Source: Octopus vulgaris
Taxonomy: Eukaryota
Reading direction: 5' to 3'
Length of the DNA stretch: 64,000 nucleotides
Assembly (NCBI GenBank): GCA_951406725.2
Contig: OX597830.1
Span: 29,264,001-29,328,000, forward strand
Notes under the pieces: model-generated
What the model saw: only the letters and a program-made list of their open reading frames with translations
Databases searched by the model: none
Told to the model about the DNA's origin: nothing
Shown here: positions 40,011 through 54,070 of the stretch, piece by piece
How positions within the stretch are numbered: position 1 is the first letter of the stretch
How the letters are laid out: the number at the start of each line of letters is the position of its first letter
Program-made: the position numbers and the translations under genes

Positions 40011-40451
40011 GCACTTGTACACACACACACACATGCAAAATCAAATGCACATGTACACACACACATACCCGCATATATTCGTATGTACGTTTATATGTAT
40101 ATGTCTGTATGGAGATCAATATGTATAATACCATTTTAAAGGATGAAAATGTGTAGAACATGACCCCTTGATCATAGCCACGTTAATACTATGAGTACTA
40201 GATCAGCATGTTTTCAGAATTATTTACACGCTTCACCTCCATGCATTTCATAATTGATTTTTTCCTTCTTGAACCTTAAATTAATTAATCTACATATGTT
40301 AAAATTTTATTTCTAGTTTAAATAATGTTTAAATTTTGTTTCTTGCATAGTAAATTAGGGAGAGTGGATGCGATTAATTTTGACAAGAATGAGGACAAAC
40401 CCGATAACTGCATCGAGGATCTCAGTAAAGACTTAGTTTTTACAAGAAACT

Positions 40452-40770
40452 ATTTATTTATTTATGCACCCTTTTCAAGCCTAGCCAGGCTCATAGGCTC
40501 GGTCTCCCAGTTTCTGTGGCGTATGTGTTCCCCACAGCTGGACGGGACGCCAGTCCATCGCAGCGTTACTCAAGAAACAGGAAGAAAGAGTGAGAGACAT
40601 TTGGGGTGAAAGAGTACAGCAGGGGTCGCCCCCCCCCCCGCTGCTGGAATATCGTGGAGCTTCTAAGTGTTTTCGCTTAATAAACACGCAAAACGCCCGG
40701 TCTGGTAATCGAAACCGCGATCCTCCGACCGCGAGTCCGCTTCCCAAACCACTGAACCATTGCGCCTCCA
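40452..40770 (-). mobile_element. SINE family B head and body with alternative tail 2
   Basis: Same head/body as 5820-6016, but after TCCTGTTTCT continues GCTGCGATGGACTGGCGTCCCGTCCAG..GAGCCTATGAGCCTGGCTAGGC..(ATAA)n. Confidence 0.88.
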
Positions 40771-41039
40771 CAGAAAAGACTATATACTCTGAAGAAGTTT
40801 TTAAAAACTCTTTTGACGAAATAGACTTATTACATGATAAAAATTTGACGTAACCCACGATTACAATAATACGTACGTAACTAACTTCTATTGTAAACAT
40901 AAGTAAATTTTACACATCACCTAAATAATCTATTTAGTTACAAAAAATAAAAGTACTCGAGTAGAGATAACAGAGATCGAATCACAGAATTTACATGTTT
41001 CAATTTTAACATGACGAACATTCCCTTAAACATATAAAA

Positions 41040-41204
41040 CTTACATTATTTACATTTGACGGATATTTGTCCTCATTTTGTCTGTTGTTAGCACAACGTT
41101 TCGGCTGATATACTCTATAGCCTTCATCGGGTGCCTGGGTTCTCATTCCTAAAGTATTCTTCGATGTTGTTGTTGTTGTTGTCATTATTATTATTATTAT
41201 AATT

Positions 41205-41258
<54 letters not shown>

Positions 41259-41272
41259 TTTATTATATGCCC
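41040..41272 (-). mobile_element. Left arm of an inverted dimer: hammerhead-bearing element with tRNA head mostly deleted
   Basis: Minus strand 41135-41090: GGCAC-CCGATGA-A-GGCT..AGCC-GAAACGT-T-GTGCT, preceded by (AAT)n/(AAC)n. Confidence 0.75.
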
Positions 41273-41275
41273 ACA

Positions 41276-41348
41276 GGCATAGGGCGTAGGGATTAATAGC
41301 GCTGGCTACTAACCCCAATGATTCTGAGTTCGATTCAAGGCAGTAACC

Positions 41349-41386
<38 letters not shown>

Positions 41387-41421
41387 AATTATAATAATAA
41401 CAGTAAGAAGAAGAAGAAGAA

Positions 41422-41474
<53 letters not shown>

Positions 41475-41610
41475 GTAAGAAAATGAAGGGGAAGAAGAAG
41501 AACATCGAGAGAACCAAGGATTGAAATTTCTCCAAGACACCTGATTATGGCTGGAGAGTATATCAACCGAAAACTTGTGTCCACAACAAACAAGTTGAGG
41601 ACGAATAACA
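41276..41610 (+). mobile_element. Right arm: tRNA-like head + (AAT)n/(GAT)n + hammerhead-like fold
   Basis: Head GGCATAGGGCGTAGGGATTAATAGCGC..GAGTTCGATTC (B-box 41326-41336). Fold at 41536-41581: GACAC-CTGATTA-T-GGCTG..CAACC-GAAAACT-T-GTGTC. Confidence 0.7.
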
Positions 41611-41791
41611 ACCTTATAGAATCTTACACGGCGTTTGGCGTTGCTACAGTCATTATTTTATTTCAAGGTAGATAGTCCTGCCATTTCATGACGAAGCTAT
41701 AAGTGAATCCTATAAAAATATGTCTATATACGTGTTTCTCGAAGCATGAAGATACATTTAGAGACATATTTTGCTCAAATTGTTGGTAGAT

Positions 41792-41843
<52 letters not shown>

Positions 41844-42473
41844 ACATCACACGTATATACATACGATTATAGGGCTAGGGTGGAGTAACTAAGAAGTAAC
41901 TCGTAATTTTTCTTTGATATCGACACAATTATATTCGTTTCTGTTATGTCATGTTTGTGTATAAGATATTTTCGTTCGAAGACACGCAACCATTGCGTAA
42001 TTATAATTATATAGTCAAGAACTTAAGAAATTTCACATGTACAGTAGGTAAAGGTTTAAGTTTCTTAACTAATTGCATAAGAACACAAAATTACACTTAC
42101 TCAACACAAGACGTCTATCAATTTATTCGTGTGTGCTTTTGTACATTGCGTTCATAGGCGGGCATATGTGCGTTGTGATTGTATGTATATAGACTTCTGT
42201 AAACTCGTGTGTATACGTTAGTAATCAATTTATGTCTTTGAATAATCAAATGTGTCTATATAAACGAACGAATGCGCACGCGCTACTGAACACAGTCCTC
42301 ATTACACTTATACACACTAAGTATCGGTTATATAATAGTTATAATAAACATACATACATGTATATAAATGCGTATGTATGTAATTATATATATATGCATG
42401 TATATATGTATATATATATGCATGTACATATATATATATATAAATATATATATATAAATATATATATAATTTA

Positions 42474-42514
<41 letters not shown>

Positions 42515-43367
42515 TGCGTATCTACAGGAGATTGTGTTTTATAGTTTGTACGAATAATTGCTTCTAGGTATAGCGTCAATGGAAAACTTCTTTATCATTA
42601 ATGAATCTATACATACTTGTATTTAATAGAGGTGTACAAACATAATTACCAACACATATACACCCTACCGTTGACAACATCTGATGAATATATATATATA
42701 TATATATATATATACCTCTACAAATACACATATTGGCACATACGTACTGACACACATACACATATGCGTAAGTTTACATACATACAGATATGTATATTAT
42801 ATACATATACCTAAATATAAATACGTATATATATATATATGTGTGTGTGTGCATTTGTTATTGTGTATTATATATGTATGTGTGTGTGTATGTCGCTGTG
42901 TGAGTAAGAAATGAATTCGTGGCAAACAGAGTATCGTATAGTGATTGGGATTCAGTGACTCACAAATACACAAAGTGCTCATTCTCCTCTAATTAAGCAA
43001 TACAGTTATTGTTCTATTTGAGTCTTCGAACGCATTGCCAAAATAAATTTCGTTAATTAACTGCACTCAATGGATACGTACATCAAACTTCACTACCGCA
43101 ACTACTGCACTGCTACAAATGGCTTACAATTATTTCATACATATTTACTTTCATATTCATATTATCTTCTTTTCAGTATTACTTGCAATATTTTAATTTT
43201 TTAAAATTTTCTTTCTTTTAGATTGCATTTCTTTGAAAATATTTCTCTTTGCTTAACTTTCTTTTCGAAAGAAAGAAAGAAATATAATTAAATACATTTT
43301 TTTGTATACATCTTATTGTAAATACACTGGCAGAAAAATGTAAGTAAATAGAAATAATTGTTCTTAC

Positions 43368-43585
43368 GGCGAGCTGGCAGAAACGGTAGCACGCCGGGCG
43401 AAATGCGTAGCCGTATTTCGTCTGCCGTTACGTTCTGAGTTCAAATTTCGCCGAGGTCGACTTTGCCTTTCATCCTTTCGGGGTCGATAAATTAAGTACC
43501 ACTTATGCACTGGGGTCGATGGAATCGACTTAATCGCTTTGTCTGTCCCCTCTGTGTTCAGCCCCTTGTGGGTAGTAAAGAAAAA
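43368..43585 (+). mobile_element. SINE family C, full length (tail X)
   Basis: GGCGAGCTGGCAGAAACG..GAGTTCAAAT..GGGGTCGATAAATTAAGTACC..GCCCCTTGTGGGTAGTAAAGAAA. Confidence 0.9.
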
Positions 43586-43829
43586 TAAATAGGCACAGGA
43601 ACTGAAATTTTCGGAGCGGGGCTAGTCGGTTACATCAAGCTCCGTACATGATTGATACTCGTTTGATCTACGCCGTAAAGACGGATTTTGACCTGTGAAC
43701 GTAAAACAGGAAATATAAAAATACCACCGCTCTGCTTTTTGTCCGACACGCTACCGATTCTGCCAACTCATTTATGTATATGGAAACAGCAACAAAATAA
43801 CCGTTTCTGATTTACGAATAAGCTTGTTT

Positions 43830-43995
43830 AGGTGCAGACGTGGTTGCATGGGAAGAAGCTTGCTTCCCAGCCACATGGCTCAAGGTTCAATCCTACTGCG
43901 TGACACTTTCAGCAATTATTTCCTGCTATTGCCTCGGGCTGATTAACGCATTCTGAATGGATTTAGTTGACGGAAACTGGAAAAAGCACGTCGTA
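43830..43995 (+). mobile_element. SINE family A, diverged 5' half
   Basis: AAGCTTGCTTCCCAGCCACATGG..GGTTCAATCC..GACGGAAACTG. Confidence 0.75.
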
Positions 43996-44036
43996 CCAAT
44001 AAGTGTGTGTGTTTGTGTGTGTATGTGTATGCTTGA

Positions 44037-44152
44037 AATGGCTCAGTGGTTACGGCAGTGGACTCGCGGTCATACGATCGTGGTTTCGATTCCTAGACCG
44101 GGTGTTGTGAGTGTTTATTGAGCGAAAACACTTAAAGGGCCACGAGGCTCCG
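44037..44152 (+). mobile_element. SINE family B head fragment
   Basis: ATGGCTCAGTGGTTACGGCAGTGGACTCGCGGTC..GTTTATTGAGCGAAAACAC. Confidence 0.85.
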
Positions 44153-44197
44153 CCATACTATATTGAAGCGCCTATGGTGTCACTGCTTTATCTCCAG

Positions 44198-44270
44198 GAA
44201 GTTGAATCTCTGCATCTACAACGCAGTTAGACTGTCCCTCAAGTATGGACTTACATATCGCCAGGCTCAG
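44198..44270 (+). CDS. Candidate internal exon (73 bp, phase 2 to 0) of an unidentified host gene
   Basis: Acceptor CTGCTTTATCTCCAG|, donor CAG|GTAATA, open frame g-KLNLCIYNAVRLSLKYGLTYRQAQ. Confidence 0.35.
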
Positions 44271-44451
44271 GTAATACGCTTAAGAATGAATTAAATATTC
44301 ATTGCATAATATTCACGAAATTTAAAATTTCATTCACTTTATAATGGTATTATGATTTGCAATTGAGACTAATATTGTACTAATAAATGATGTTCAGTGA
44401 CAAAATTATTTTTGTATGCAAATACAATTTCTATACGAAGAAACATGGAAA

Positions 44452-44517
<66 letters not shown>

Positions 44518-45361
44518 CGACCACTGAAATTCAATGAAAGCCGTAACCTTGTTTGCCGGTAGGCTGCCTAGTGCGGCGGAGATAATATTTAGAAATTGGA
44601 GCCAAATCTACGATAAATAAAGACACAATAGACCTCTGTATGAAATACAACGTATTGTAAGGATGAAAAAAGTTTCATCGAAGGTTTGACTGAGTCGTAT
44701 TAATTATTGTTGGAACCAACATTAAATGCTTAGCATTACATGGACTTAGATTGTGAACCTATTTCTTGGTGGGTGGGCGTAGCTCGTAATATCCTTTAAG
44801 AAGGCATAGAGTTTCACGACGTCCCGTTTAAATTCTACTGAATTCCTCCATTTATTTAGTCGGTAGTAACCAAATGTATGTTGTACATTAAGAATTACTA
44901 ACACGCGACTGCCACTTCCCAGCATTGTTTGTGTTGGATATTGCGAACAGTTGCAAGCAACTTAAAGTGCGAACGTAGCAAACTTCTGGGTAGCTCTATT
45001 ATCCCATCAACGCTTTTTGTAAAGAACAGTAATACTCACAAGACGTATGAAGTGAGGTTTGAAAACCACCGTAATCTCACGAAATGACGGAACAGCTCAC
45101 ATTGGCTTATATACATGTCGTTTATGATTGGTTTGGTAAAATTCCCCAAAATTTCTATTGATGACAAAAATAACTAAGATATATCATGGTTGAATCAACA
45201 ATAATGGTTTCTAGTTTAAGTAAAAAGGCAAGAATTTTGGGAGGATTAGATCGCTGACTGGTGCTTTTGTATTCTTGAGTTGCTTTCGGGAGAATTTAAA
45301 AACAATGCGTAAAGTGTCGCAAGAAATACGGCAAAATATTTATCCTTTTTTTCTTTTTACA

Positions 45362-45545
45362 TTTCTACTCTAGGCATAAGGTGCAAATTTTGTGGGGAGG
45401 AATCCAGTTGATTAGATCGACGTCAGTACGTAACTGGTACTTAATTTATCGACCTTGAAAGGATGATAGGCAAAGTCGACCTCGGCGGAATTTGAACTCA
45501 GAATGTGCGCCCGGCGTGCTAACGATTCTGCCAGCTCGCCACCTT
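45362..45545 (-). mobile_element. SINE family C (tail Y), internally deleted
   Basis: GGCAAAGTCGACCTCGGCGGAATTTGAACTCAGAA..CTGCCAGCTCGCC. Confidence 0.85.
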
Positions 45546-46579
45546 AATGCGCTAAAGGATGTGTGACGATCAAAATACACCAAACGCCAGTGTATATGCA
45601 ATCCGGGAATAAATAAACTTAGCTAAGGTTGTCGTATATAAACACGCTATTGAAACAATATCTTTATTTTGGTGTAAACTTTGCGATTGTCACTTACACT
45701 CATTCTGGCTTACCCTACGAATTATTATTAATTTTTAAATTCTTTAATTGTTACACTAGTAGTGGCTGTATGAAAAAGAGCTCACGGTGAACTCCAGCCA
45801 TTTTTGCATTATATCCATAGTTTACACTTGTAAAACACATCTTCTATGCAAGAAGGTGACATAAATTGTCGGCTGCTTTCTGTGCGAAGATCAGTGAAAA
45901 TTATCAACAGACAAAAGACATATGTATTTTCTACGTAAGAAAATGGAAGTTGTGGAACACATTTCCTTAACAAACAAGAATTAACATACCAAACTAAATT
46001 GTACCGAACGGGAATTAAACATAGATCTTCTGTTCAATTCTCTAAAGGTCTTGACTATTGCTCAACACCATTTGTATAACCTATATCTTTTGAATCAGCT
46101 GTGGGTTTCTAAATAATTTTCTCTCCGATTTCTTTATATATAATATAGTAATCCCCAGAAGAAATATATTCTATAGCAAAAATACAAACTAATGCACGAA
46201 AACGACGATAATGTCGTATATTACTCTCCGACTCAGGATAATAATTCCTTCATATTTTGAAATGTCTCTTCTACTCACAAACATAATATGAGCAATTTCC
46301 AGTGGAGAGAGGAAACAAGAAAAAAATACAGTAAATCTTATAATACAAGCATACTTCGATTACGTGCGAGAAAACAAGCATAATTTTCTTACCTAAGCCC
46401 TTCGACCATTCTTAGTTTTTAACTGGAAATCCCATGCGGTAACAACAATGATATTTTTCCTCTGAATAAGGTCAGTGTTAATAGGATGCTCGATTATATA
46501 CATGCTTATATACACACACACACACACACACGCACACACACACACACACATATATATATTGTATATATACATATATACT

Positions 46580-46617
<38 letters not shown>

Positions 46618-46629
46618 GTACATATATAT

Positions 46630-46681
<52 letters not shown>

Positions 46682-47591
46682 AAGAGAGAGATAAATAAAT
46701 AAATAAATATATATATATATACACATATACTCATATATGTGCGTGTGTTTATATGAATATACATATGCAATATATATAGTGTATATACATACTCACATAT
46801 AGTATACATATGTATATACATATTGCATATATATATTACACACACTGACGAACACATATATATATATATATGTATATGTATGCATGCATATATGAATATA
46901 TGGGTGTATATATGTATCTAAGTGTCTATGTATTTACTTACTTGCATATCGATGACATATACAAACTGAATTTTATTGATTACAATAGAGACAATCCGAT
47001 AATTATTGAGTGAGAAATACTTCTTTAGAGGAAGAATGCGGGAATGGCGAAAAACCTGAAAACATGGTTACGAGATTGAAAAATGGTAAGAGAACAAAAA
47101 CGAAACAAAACAAAACAAAACAAACTAATATGTTTGCCTTCGAAAAAAGAAATGGATGCGAAGTAATCTGAGGATATTGGCAAATGGAAGTTAATTAAGC
47201 CATGAACCAGCAAAGGAGGACAATGGGGTATACGAAGTAAGCCAAAAAGAAAAAAAATGAAAATATAGGCTGTAAAGTAAACCACTGTAATAGTTTGTTC
47301 TCGCAAGGGATAGTAGTATGACATTAACTTGGTTACACTGAACACACATATACACTTTATTCGCGAAAGTTACATGTGCACACATGCACACTGATAAACA
47401 CAGACACACACGCGCGTGCGCACATATATATATGTGTGCATGTATGTATTAATGTCTGAATGCATGAATATATGCACATACATTTATGCATCGTACAATA
47501 CATTATAAATGTATGCATTTATGTATATATGTATCTCACTCTCTCTCTCTTTCTCTCTCTCTCTGTATATATCTAACTATCTCTCTCTCTC

Positions 47592-47681
<90 letters not shown>

Positions 47682-47754
47682 ATATTTATATATAAACATA
47701 CATGAGTATGTGTGTTTATGTATGATATATACGTGTATCCATTTATACATACAT

Positions 47755-47797
<43 letters not shown>

Positions 47798-48167
47798 GAG
47801 AGAGAGAGGATGTGTGTTTTTAAGTGCATGTATCCATGTACTTGTGTGTGTGCATGAGAGAGAGAGAGAGAGAGAGAGAGAGTAAAAATGAGTAAAAGTC
47901 GCAGTCAGCCGCTAAAAGAGAGAATATTTGGTAATACATAATGAATACAGTATACAACTGGTAAACGAAGAAATTGAGACATAAGTAATAAAGAGGTGGA
48001 TGAAGGAGAAAGGTGTAATAATTGAAAGAACAAGAGTAACTGAAGCAACAACGATGTCACATTATATATGAGAATCAGTGAATTGTAGGCATAGTCAGAG
48101 AATGAGAATGAATCGGAGTTATATTGAGAGTATAACTAAATTCATTTACATATATAGGTATATATAG

Positions 48168-48372
48168 GTATAGAGGGAGAGTTTACGAAAAAAAAAAAAA
48201 GACGAAGACAGGTGGTGTACAAAACAAACAGATGTATTAGTATAACGCTCAGGAATAGAAAAAGTCTTTTACGTTTCGAGCCTACGCTCTTCTACAGAAA
48301 GGGACACAGAAAACAAGGAGAGAAACAAGGAGAGAAAAATGTGTGTAATGGCTAACGATCTGTCATGGCGTC
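48168..48372 (-). mobile_element. Second copy of the about 200-bp hammerhead-like repeat (fold at 48266-48301)
   Basis: Minus strand CTTT-CTGTAGA-A-GAGC gtag GCTC-GAAACGT-A-AAAG. Flanks align with 34390-34590. Confidence 0.7.
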
Positions 48373-48939
48373 TGACTCGGACATATATAGGTGTACTTGG
48401 ATTTATGTTTAATTGCATACTTGTAAATAGTATACATGTTTTTATATATATATATAGTATACATGTTTATAGGTTTGCTTACTGAATTAATTTACCGATA
48501 CGGTTTTTGTACATAGGGTAAGTGTGTTTCTTTTTTGTAGTTCAATTAATAATCTTAGTTTTTAATCCTTCTTAGAATCAAGATTGAATGAAAGTGGTGA
48601 TATCTAAGGTTTGTTCCCAAACAATACTTATTGTAGTGCTGTTGCCATCGCCGGATTGAATAGTACTGCCCAGGTGTGGAAACCATAGTGTAACGATGGG
48701 GCAGCTGATGGAGGTATGTTTGATTGTTGGTATGACTGCTATTGTATGTGCGGAATATTTTTATTAGACATCCATTTGATGTATATAAACAGACATGCAG
48801 GAAGTAAATAGACAAATTCAATTTTCAAAATTTCTGATCTAAACGTCTTAATATGTTTTCAGCAAAGTAGAATTTACAATGTAATTATTCTTTTTTCCAT
48901 TCCAGGTGCCATTATATTAAACATTTGCGAAGAGTAACC

Positions 48940-49200
48940 CTGCCACGCACAAAAAATCAGCAGAACTGCCAGATGTTCAAAGAGGTCTTGTGGGCAATCT
49001 GAGACTGGTCTCAGCCAGCGAAAAATTGTCGAAAATCTTCAAATTCCTTTTACTACTATTCATAGATTTATAGTTCAATTCAAAAGCCAAGGAAAAGAAT
49101 CAACAGAATCTCGCCCCGGCCGACCTTGACTCTCGGAAAGAAAGTTTCGATGTTGAAGAGAATAGTGGAAAACGAACCGCGTTCGAAGGATTTGTCGAAG
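48940..49200 (+). pseudogene. Tc1-like transposase N-terminal (HTH) relic
   Basis: PRTKKSAELPDVQRG../ETGLSQRKIVENLQIPFTTIHRFIVQFKSQGKESTESRPGRP matches the Tc1 HTH plus GRP(R) linker. Confidence 0.75.
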
Positions 49201-49314
49201 AACGTGTGTTACATATCTGCATAAGCTTGGGTATTATGGTCGAACAGCTAGAAGAAAACCTCTCCTTCACCCAATTAATATCAAATAAAAGATTTTGAAA
49301 ATTAAAGGTGTCTA

Positions 49315-49725
49315 TTTACTAGGCACAATGTCTGCAATTTGTTGTAGAGGCGATTTGTGGATCACATGAATTCCACTGCAAGACTGGTACATATTTTATC
49401 GCATCCAAATTGATGAAATGATATATCAACCGCAGTGGATTGTGAACTCAGAACGTAAAGACCGGCGAAATACCCCCAAACATTTTGTTCGGCGTGCTAG
49501 CTATTCTAACAAACTAAACAAGGATTTCAAATTTTGGCACAAGGCAAGCAATTTCAAGGGAGGGTGTTAACCTATTACATTGATCCGAGTGATAAACTGG
49601 TACTTATTTTATCGACCTCGAAAAAATGGAAGGCAAAGGTGACCATGGTGGGATATGAAATCAGAACATAGAAATGGACACAATGGAACTAAGCAGTTTG
49701 TTCAGACTGCTGATAATTCTAGCAA
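49315..49725 (-). mobile_element. Two old tandem SINE family C copies (tail Y)
   Basis: CTGGTAC..ATTTTATCG..GAACTCAGAACGTAAAG pattern occurs twice. Confidence 0.65.
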
Positions 49726-51360
49726 GTTAAAGAATAAGAATAATTGTCACTATTTAGAGAAATCTATTTTGAGGACATTTTATAGCTAGGAGTTCAATAG
49801 CTGAGTGAACTCGAAAAAACAAGACGTACTATTACAGATATGTCGTCATATCAAAAAAACATGAGTGGTTTCATCGTATTTTTAAGGAACTACTATATAA
49901 TAGTTCTTTTTGGGTAATGGAATTCACAATTTCACAGGTCATGAAAGGTGGTCTCTATTTTTTCAGGTCAAACCATACAACATTTCTTCACATCTAATTT
50001 ATTTACAATTGATGAATAATTTAAACGCAATATTCTGGGAAAATAATCAAATAAATACCAGCGATAACATGTATAATGTTTAGTTTCTATAGCCTAAGAA
50101 TATTCTTGGCGATTTCGGTACAAGAGCATTTGAAATCGTGCAACTTCTTGTGGTGCATTTTGACTGAAGTAACCTGGTGTGTATCTCAATAAGCCGTTTT
50201 ATTTTTTTAGAGAAAAATATATGTGTGGGCTTCTAAGCAAATGTCTCATCGGCAAGAAATAGCAGCCAAGCTTTCCTCAAATCACTTTTTAACGTTTTTT
50301 TTAACAATGCAGAACGCATTGTATTATGTTGCACCAGACACAATATGTCAGACGGATAAAAGCTTGATGGTTTCAACCAGTGTGCGTTTGTTCATCTAGA
50401 ACTAATTAAGAATAGAAACATTTCAGTGTGCTACAATACAATTTATATTCATAATATATTACTACGTTAAGCCTTGCTGAAACGGTAATAATTGCTTTTG
50501 TTTTTATGTCGAGTCAAGATATGATAAGAGAGCAATTGATTATTTTCAGCAGATTAATAACTTACTCTTCATTTAAGAAAAAAAGCATGACGTGACATGC
50601 TTATCGTATCGAATTGAATGTTTTGTATCTACTGATCTGATGAACTCAAACTATGTGTAATAAAATATAACTCCATGCTATATATTCAGTAAACAGAAGT
50701 GAAAACATCTTTAATAGCTTATATATTAATATGCTTCCAACGTTCTTAGTCTTGCTGAGAAGAAGAAAAAAATGTAACCCTGGCATTTGAAAATGAAAAA
50801 AACTATGAATATTACCAAAAAATATTAATATTGATAATTTTTCCTTTTTTTTTTAAAGAGAAAATGTTGAAGAAATCATTTCACAAAGTGTTCACCTCTT
50901 GTAAATTATTAGCGTCATTCAAGAATCAAGAAGTTCAATATATTTATTGCATCTCCTTCTATGAATCTAAAGTACTGTACCATTGTTTAGTAGTGACACT
51001 ATTTAAAGCTAGTGTTTGTCGTTGGAGGCGGTGATGTTGTTTAACTCCAATCAGAGCTGATTCAGCAAGCTTATCGCTAAAATTTTTCCAGGTCACTATC
51101 TGGTTTATTTTATGATTTTTTCTGTGTGAAAATAGTTGTGTGTGGTTTGAGGAAGACCCAGATACTTTCACTAGTGGATCGAGCAGACGACAGTCTCGCT
51201 TTGACTCGTAACATTCAATGTGTGACAGTGAGAAGGTTAATCGGAATTTAATCAAAAATATGGCACGGCTTCCACTATAGAAGCTATACAGTTTCAATAT
51301 CTATACAGCCAATTTATACGGAGTGCAGGAACTGGTTCCATTATATTATATATATTCAAA

Positions 51361-51575
51361 GGCGGTGAGACGACAGAATTGTCAGCACGCTGGGAAAAAT
51401 GCTTAGCGGCATTTCGTCCGTCTGTATGTTCTGAGTTCAAAGTCAACCGAGGTCGACCTTGCCTTTCATCTTTTCGAGGTCGATGAAATAAGTACCAATT
51501 GAACACTGAGGTCAATGTAATCAGCTATCCCCCACCCACAAAGTTTAGGCCTTGTGCTTATAGTAGAAAGGATTA
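51361..51575 (+). mobile_element. SINE family C, full length (tail Y)
   Basis: GGCGGTGAG..GAGGTCGACCTTGCCTTTCATC..GGCCTTGTGCTTATAGTAGAAAGGATTAT. Confidence 0.85.
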
Positions 51576-53217
51576 TATATCTATTCAAGCAAAATACCAA
51601 ACCAAAAGAGATTGGCGAAGTTTGCTGGTTCGTTCTTTTTAATGTCAGTGAGTCATGTTTGTTGTTTCACGAAACTTGCTATTTACATTCTGCTTTCTCG
51701 TAAGAGTGTAGTCAGTTTTATCTTTCATACTTCTGGGGGTGTCGAAGTAAATTACCAGTCATATAATAAGGATCAATTTAACGAAGTAATATCACAGTCA
51801 GTAAGCATTATGTCTTTTAGGATTTGGAAATGATATTCCTGTCATTTTATAAAATAAAAATGAGTGAATTCATCTCTCATAGTTCGAAACTCATTTGGGA
51901 AGGTGAAATATTTCAAGTTAAAAGATGAAGAATCAAATACAGTGAAAAAAGGGGAAATTGAAAGGAGGAAATAGCTGTGAAAACTGATTGAGAGAAGATA
52001 CTCGACAGGATTAGCAGCTCGTAACAGATGGCCGACGCAGTAATGAATCTAAGATACGTATGCTGCAAGAAGGTATTTCATCACACGAAGAACTGTGTAA
52101 TCTCAAAGGTATAAGACCGATACTCTCTCACTACACTTTTACAGAGCTCTTTACTACTTTTATATGCCTGTTAAAATTCATAGCTAAAATCCTCTAAACT
52201 CCTGTCCTACTGTTATAAATAAAGGTATGTTGAATTAAGTAATTACACTCCTAAATAGAAGAGCAGCCACTGGTGAAATGCCTTTGCTGACGATGGACCG
52301 GAGACTAATGAACAATTAAATTGTCACCTCTTTTTTTGGTCTATTGACTATATAGAAAAAAATATGCTTGAAATTATTAGAAGAAAATCTTCAGTCAGTG
52401 AGGGAGGACTCTTAAGTCACCCCTTACTGCATCATGAACGTGATGGTGGCCAAACGTTTAAGACATCTACTGGAGCAAACCCATTAAGAAAAGTTTTAAA
52501 ACCCCTTTAATAACTTGTTTAATGAGCACATTTTCTGTTCAGTCGGAGCGAACACTGATACCAAGAGAAATATGCAACAGAAATTAGAACTGCTTTTATT
52601 TCTTTGGATTATAAATTCGGTCCAGCAAGCGTGGAGGTGTAACCAACAAAATGTTTCACGATATTTCTTCCGACACTGTACATTTTAGGATCAAATCCTG
52701 GCGGAAACAACGTTAATTCTCATTCCCGCTGGTCGATAAACTAAGGTAATAAATATATACAATAGACATCGGAGTTGATTGTAACCCCACTACCATTAAA
52801 AGTGCTGGTATTTTGGCTGAGTTATAATAAATTAAATACAAATAATTTGTAGTAGAATAGTCGGAAAGACTTTGTGTTATGACGTTCAAACTATATCTCG
52901 TTGGCAAAAACAGTTGAGTAATTGGAATTTCATCGAAGAAAATATTCCATGCATGGTACATTTTAGCCTCCATCTTCTCCTTACCTGCAGGAGGTTACAT
53001 TCTCTTTATGATTTACTAATCAGAAACCGGCCCGGTATTTAATATATTTTATATACGTATATATATATTTGTATTTTAGCGCGAACATTGGAAAGTGCGT
53101 TATTTATGTCTTTTCTGAAATAAAATGGATTTTAGAACCAAACCGGAACCACGTCACGTTTACACCAGGCCGGCAGCTAAACTTTCGCGTTATAGACGTT
53201 TATTATATTTGCATCTA

Positions 53218-53271
<54 letters not shown>

Positions 53272-53866
53272 CATCTATATATAGATAGTATATATATATA
53301 TTTATATACACACACACACACATATATATAGATAGATAGATATGTATGTGTGTGTGATTGTGTGTGTATCACTTATAGATATGTATATGTATATGTGTAC
53401 ATATATATTATATAGATTTTGTTAACACATCATTCGTTGTCAAATTCATTTGTCATCAAAATAATAACAATGATCCATCGGCAATAATACAAGATCAAAT
53501 AGTTTCTCCGATATACTTGATAAGCTATATTAGTAATAAATTTTGCTATCCTCTAATATGAGGCAAAATGAAAATAAAAAAGACAAAAATATAGATAAAA
53601 AAGACAAAAATCACCCTTTATCATTTATTTGCTCTGAAGAGAACTAATTTAGCTATTTTGTCAACTACTCCAGGAAATGCTAAAACTTAATCTTGCCCAA
53701 TAGAATTTAACAATGTGAAATACTTATTGGTTTAGAACCATTCCAACCCTGAAGGGGTCAGGTAATTGGATAGAAAATAGGCAATGTTGTGTGTATGTAA
53801 GTGTACATGGGTATATACATACATAGATGCACACAGACACATGTACACACATAGATACATACATAC

Positions 53867-53926
<60 letters not shown>

Positions 53927-54005
53927 ATATTGATATACGTACATAATAAATATGTATATATATATGGGGAAAGAGGGAAAAGCTGAATATGTATATGTAT
54001 ATGTA

Positions 54006-54070
<65 letters not shown>

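Noticed and set aside
50240-52320. Faint old dispersed repeat fragments (about 50240-50410, 51020-51150, 52170-52320)
   Set aside because: Too diverged to define boundaries or class by eye.
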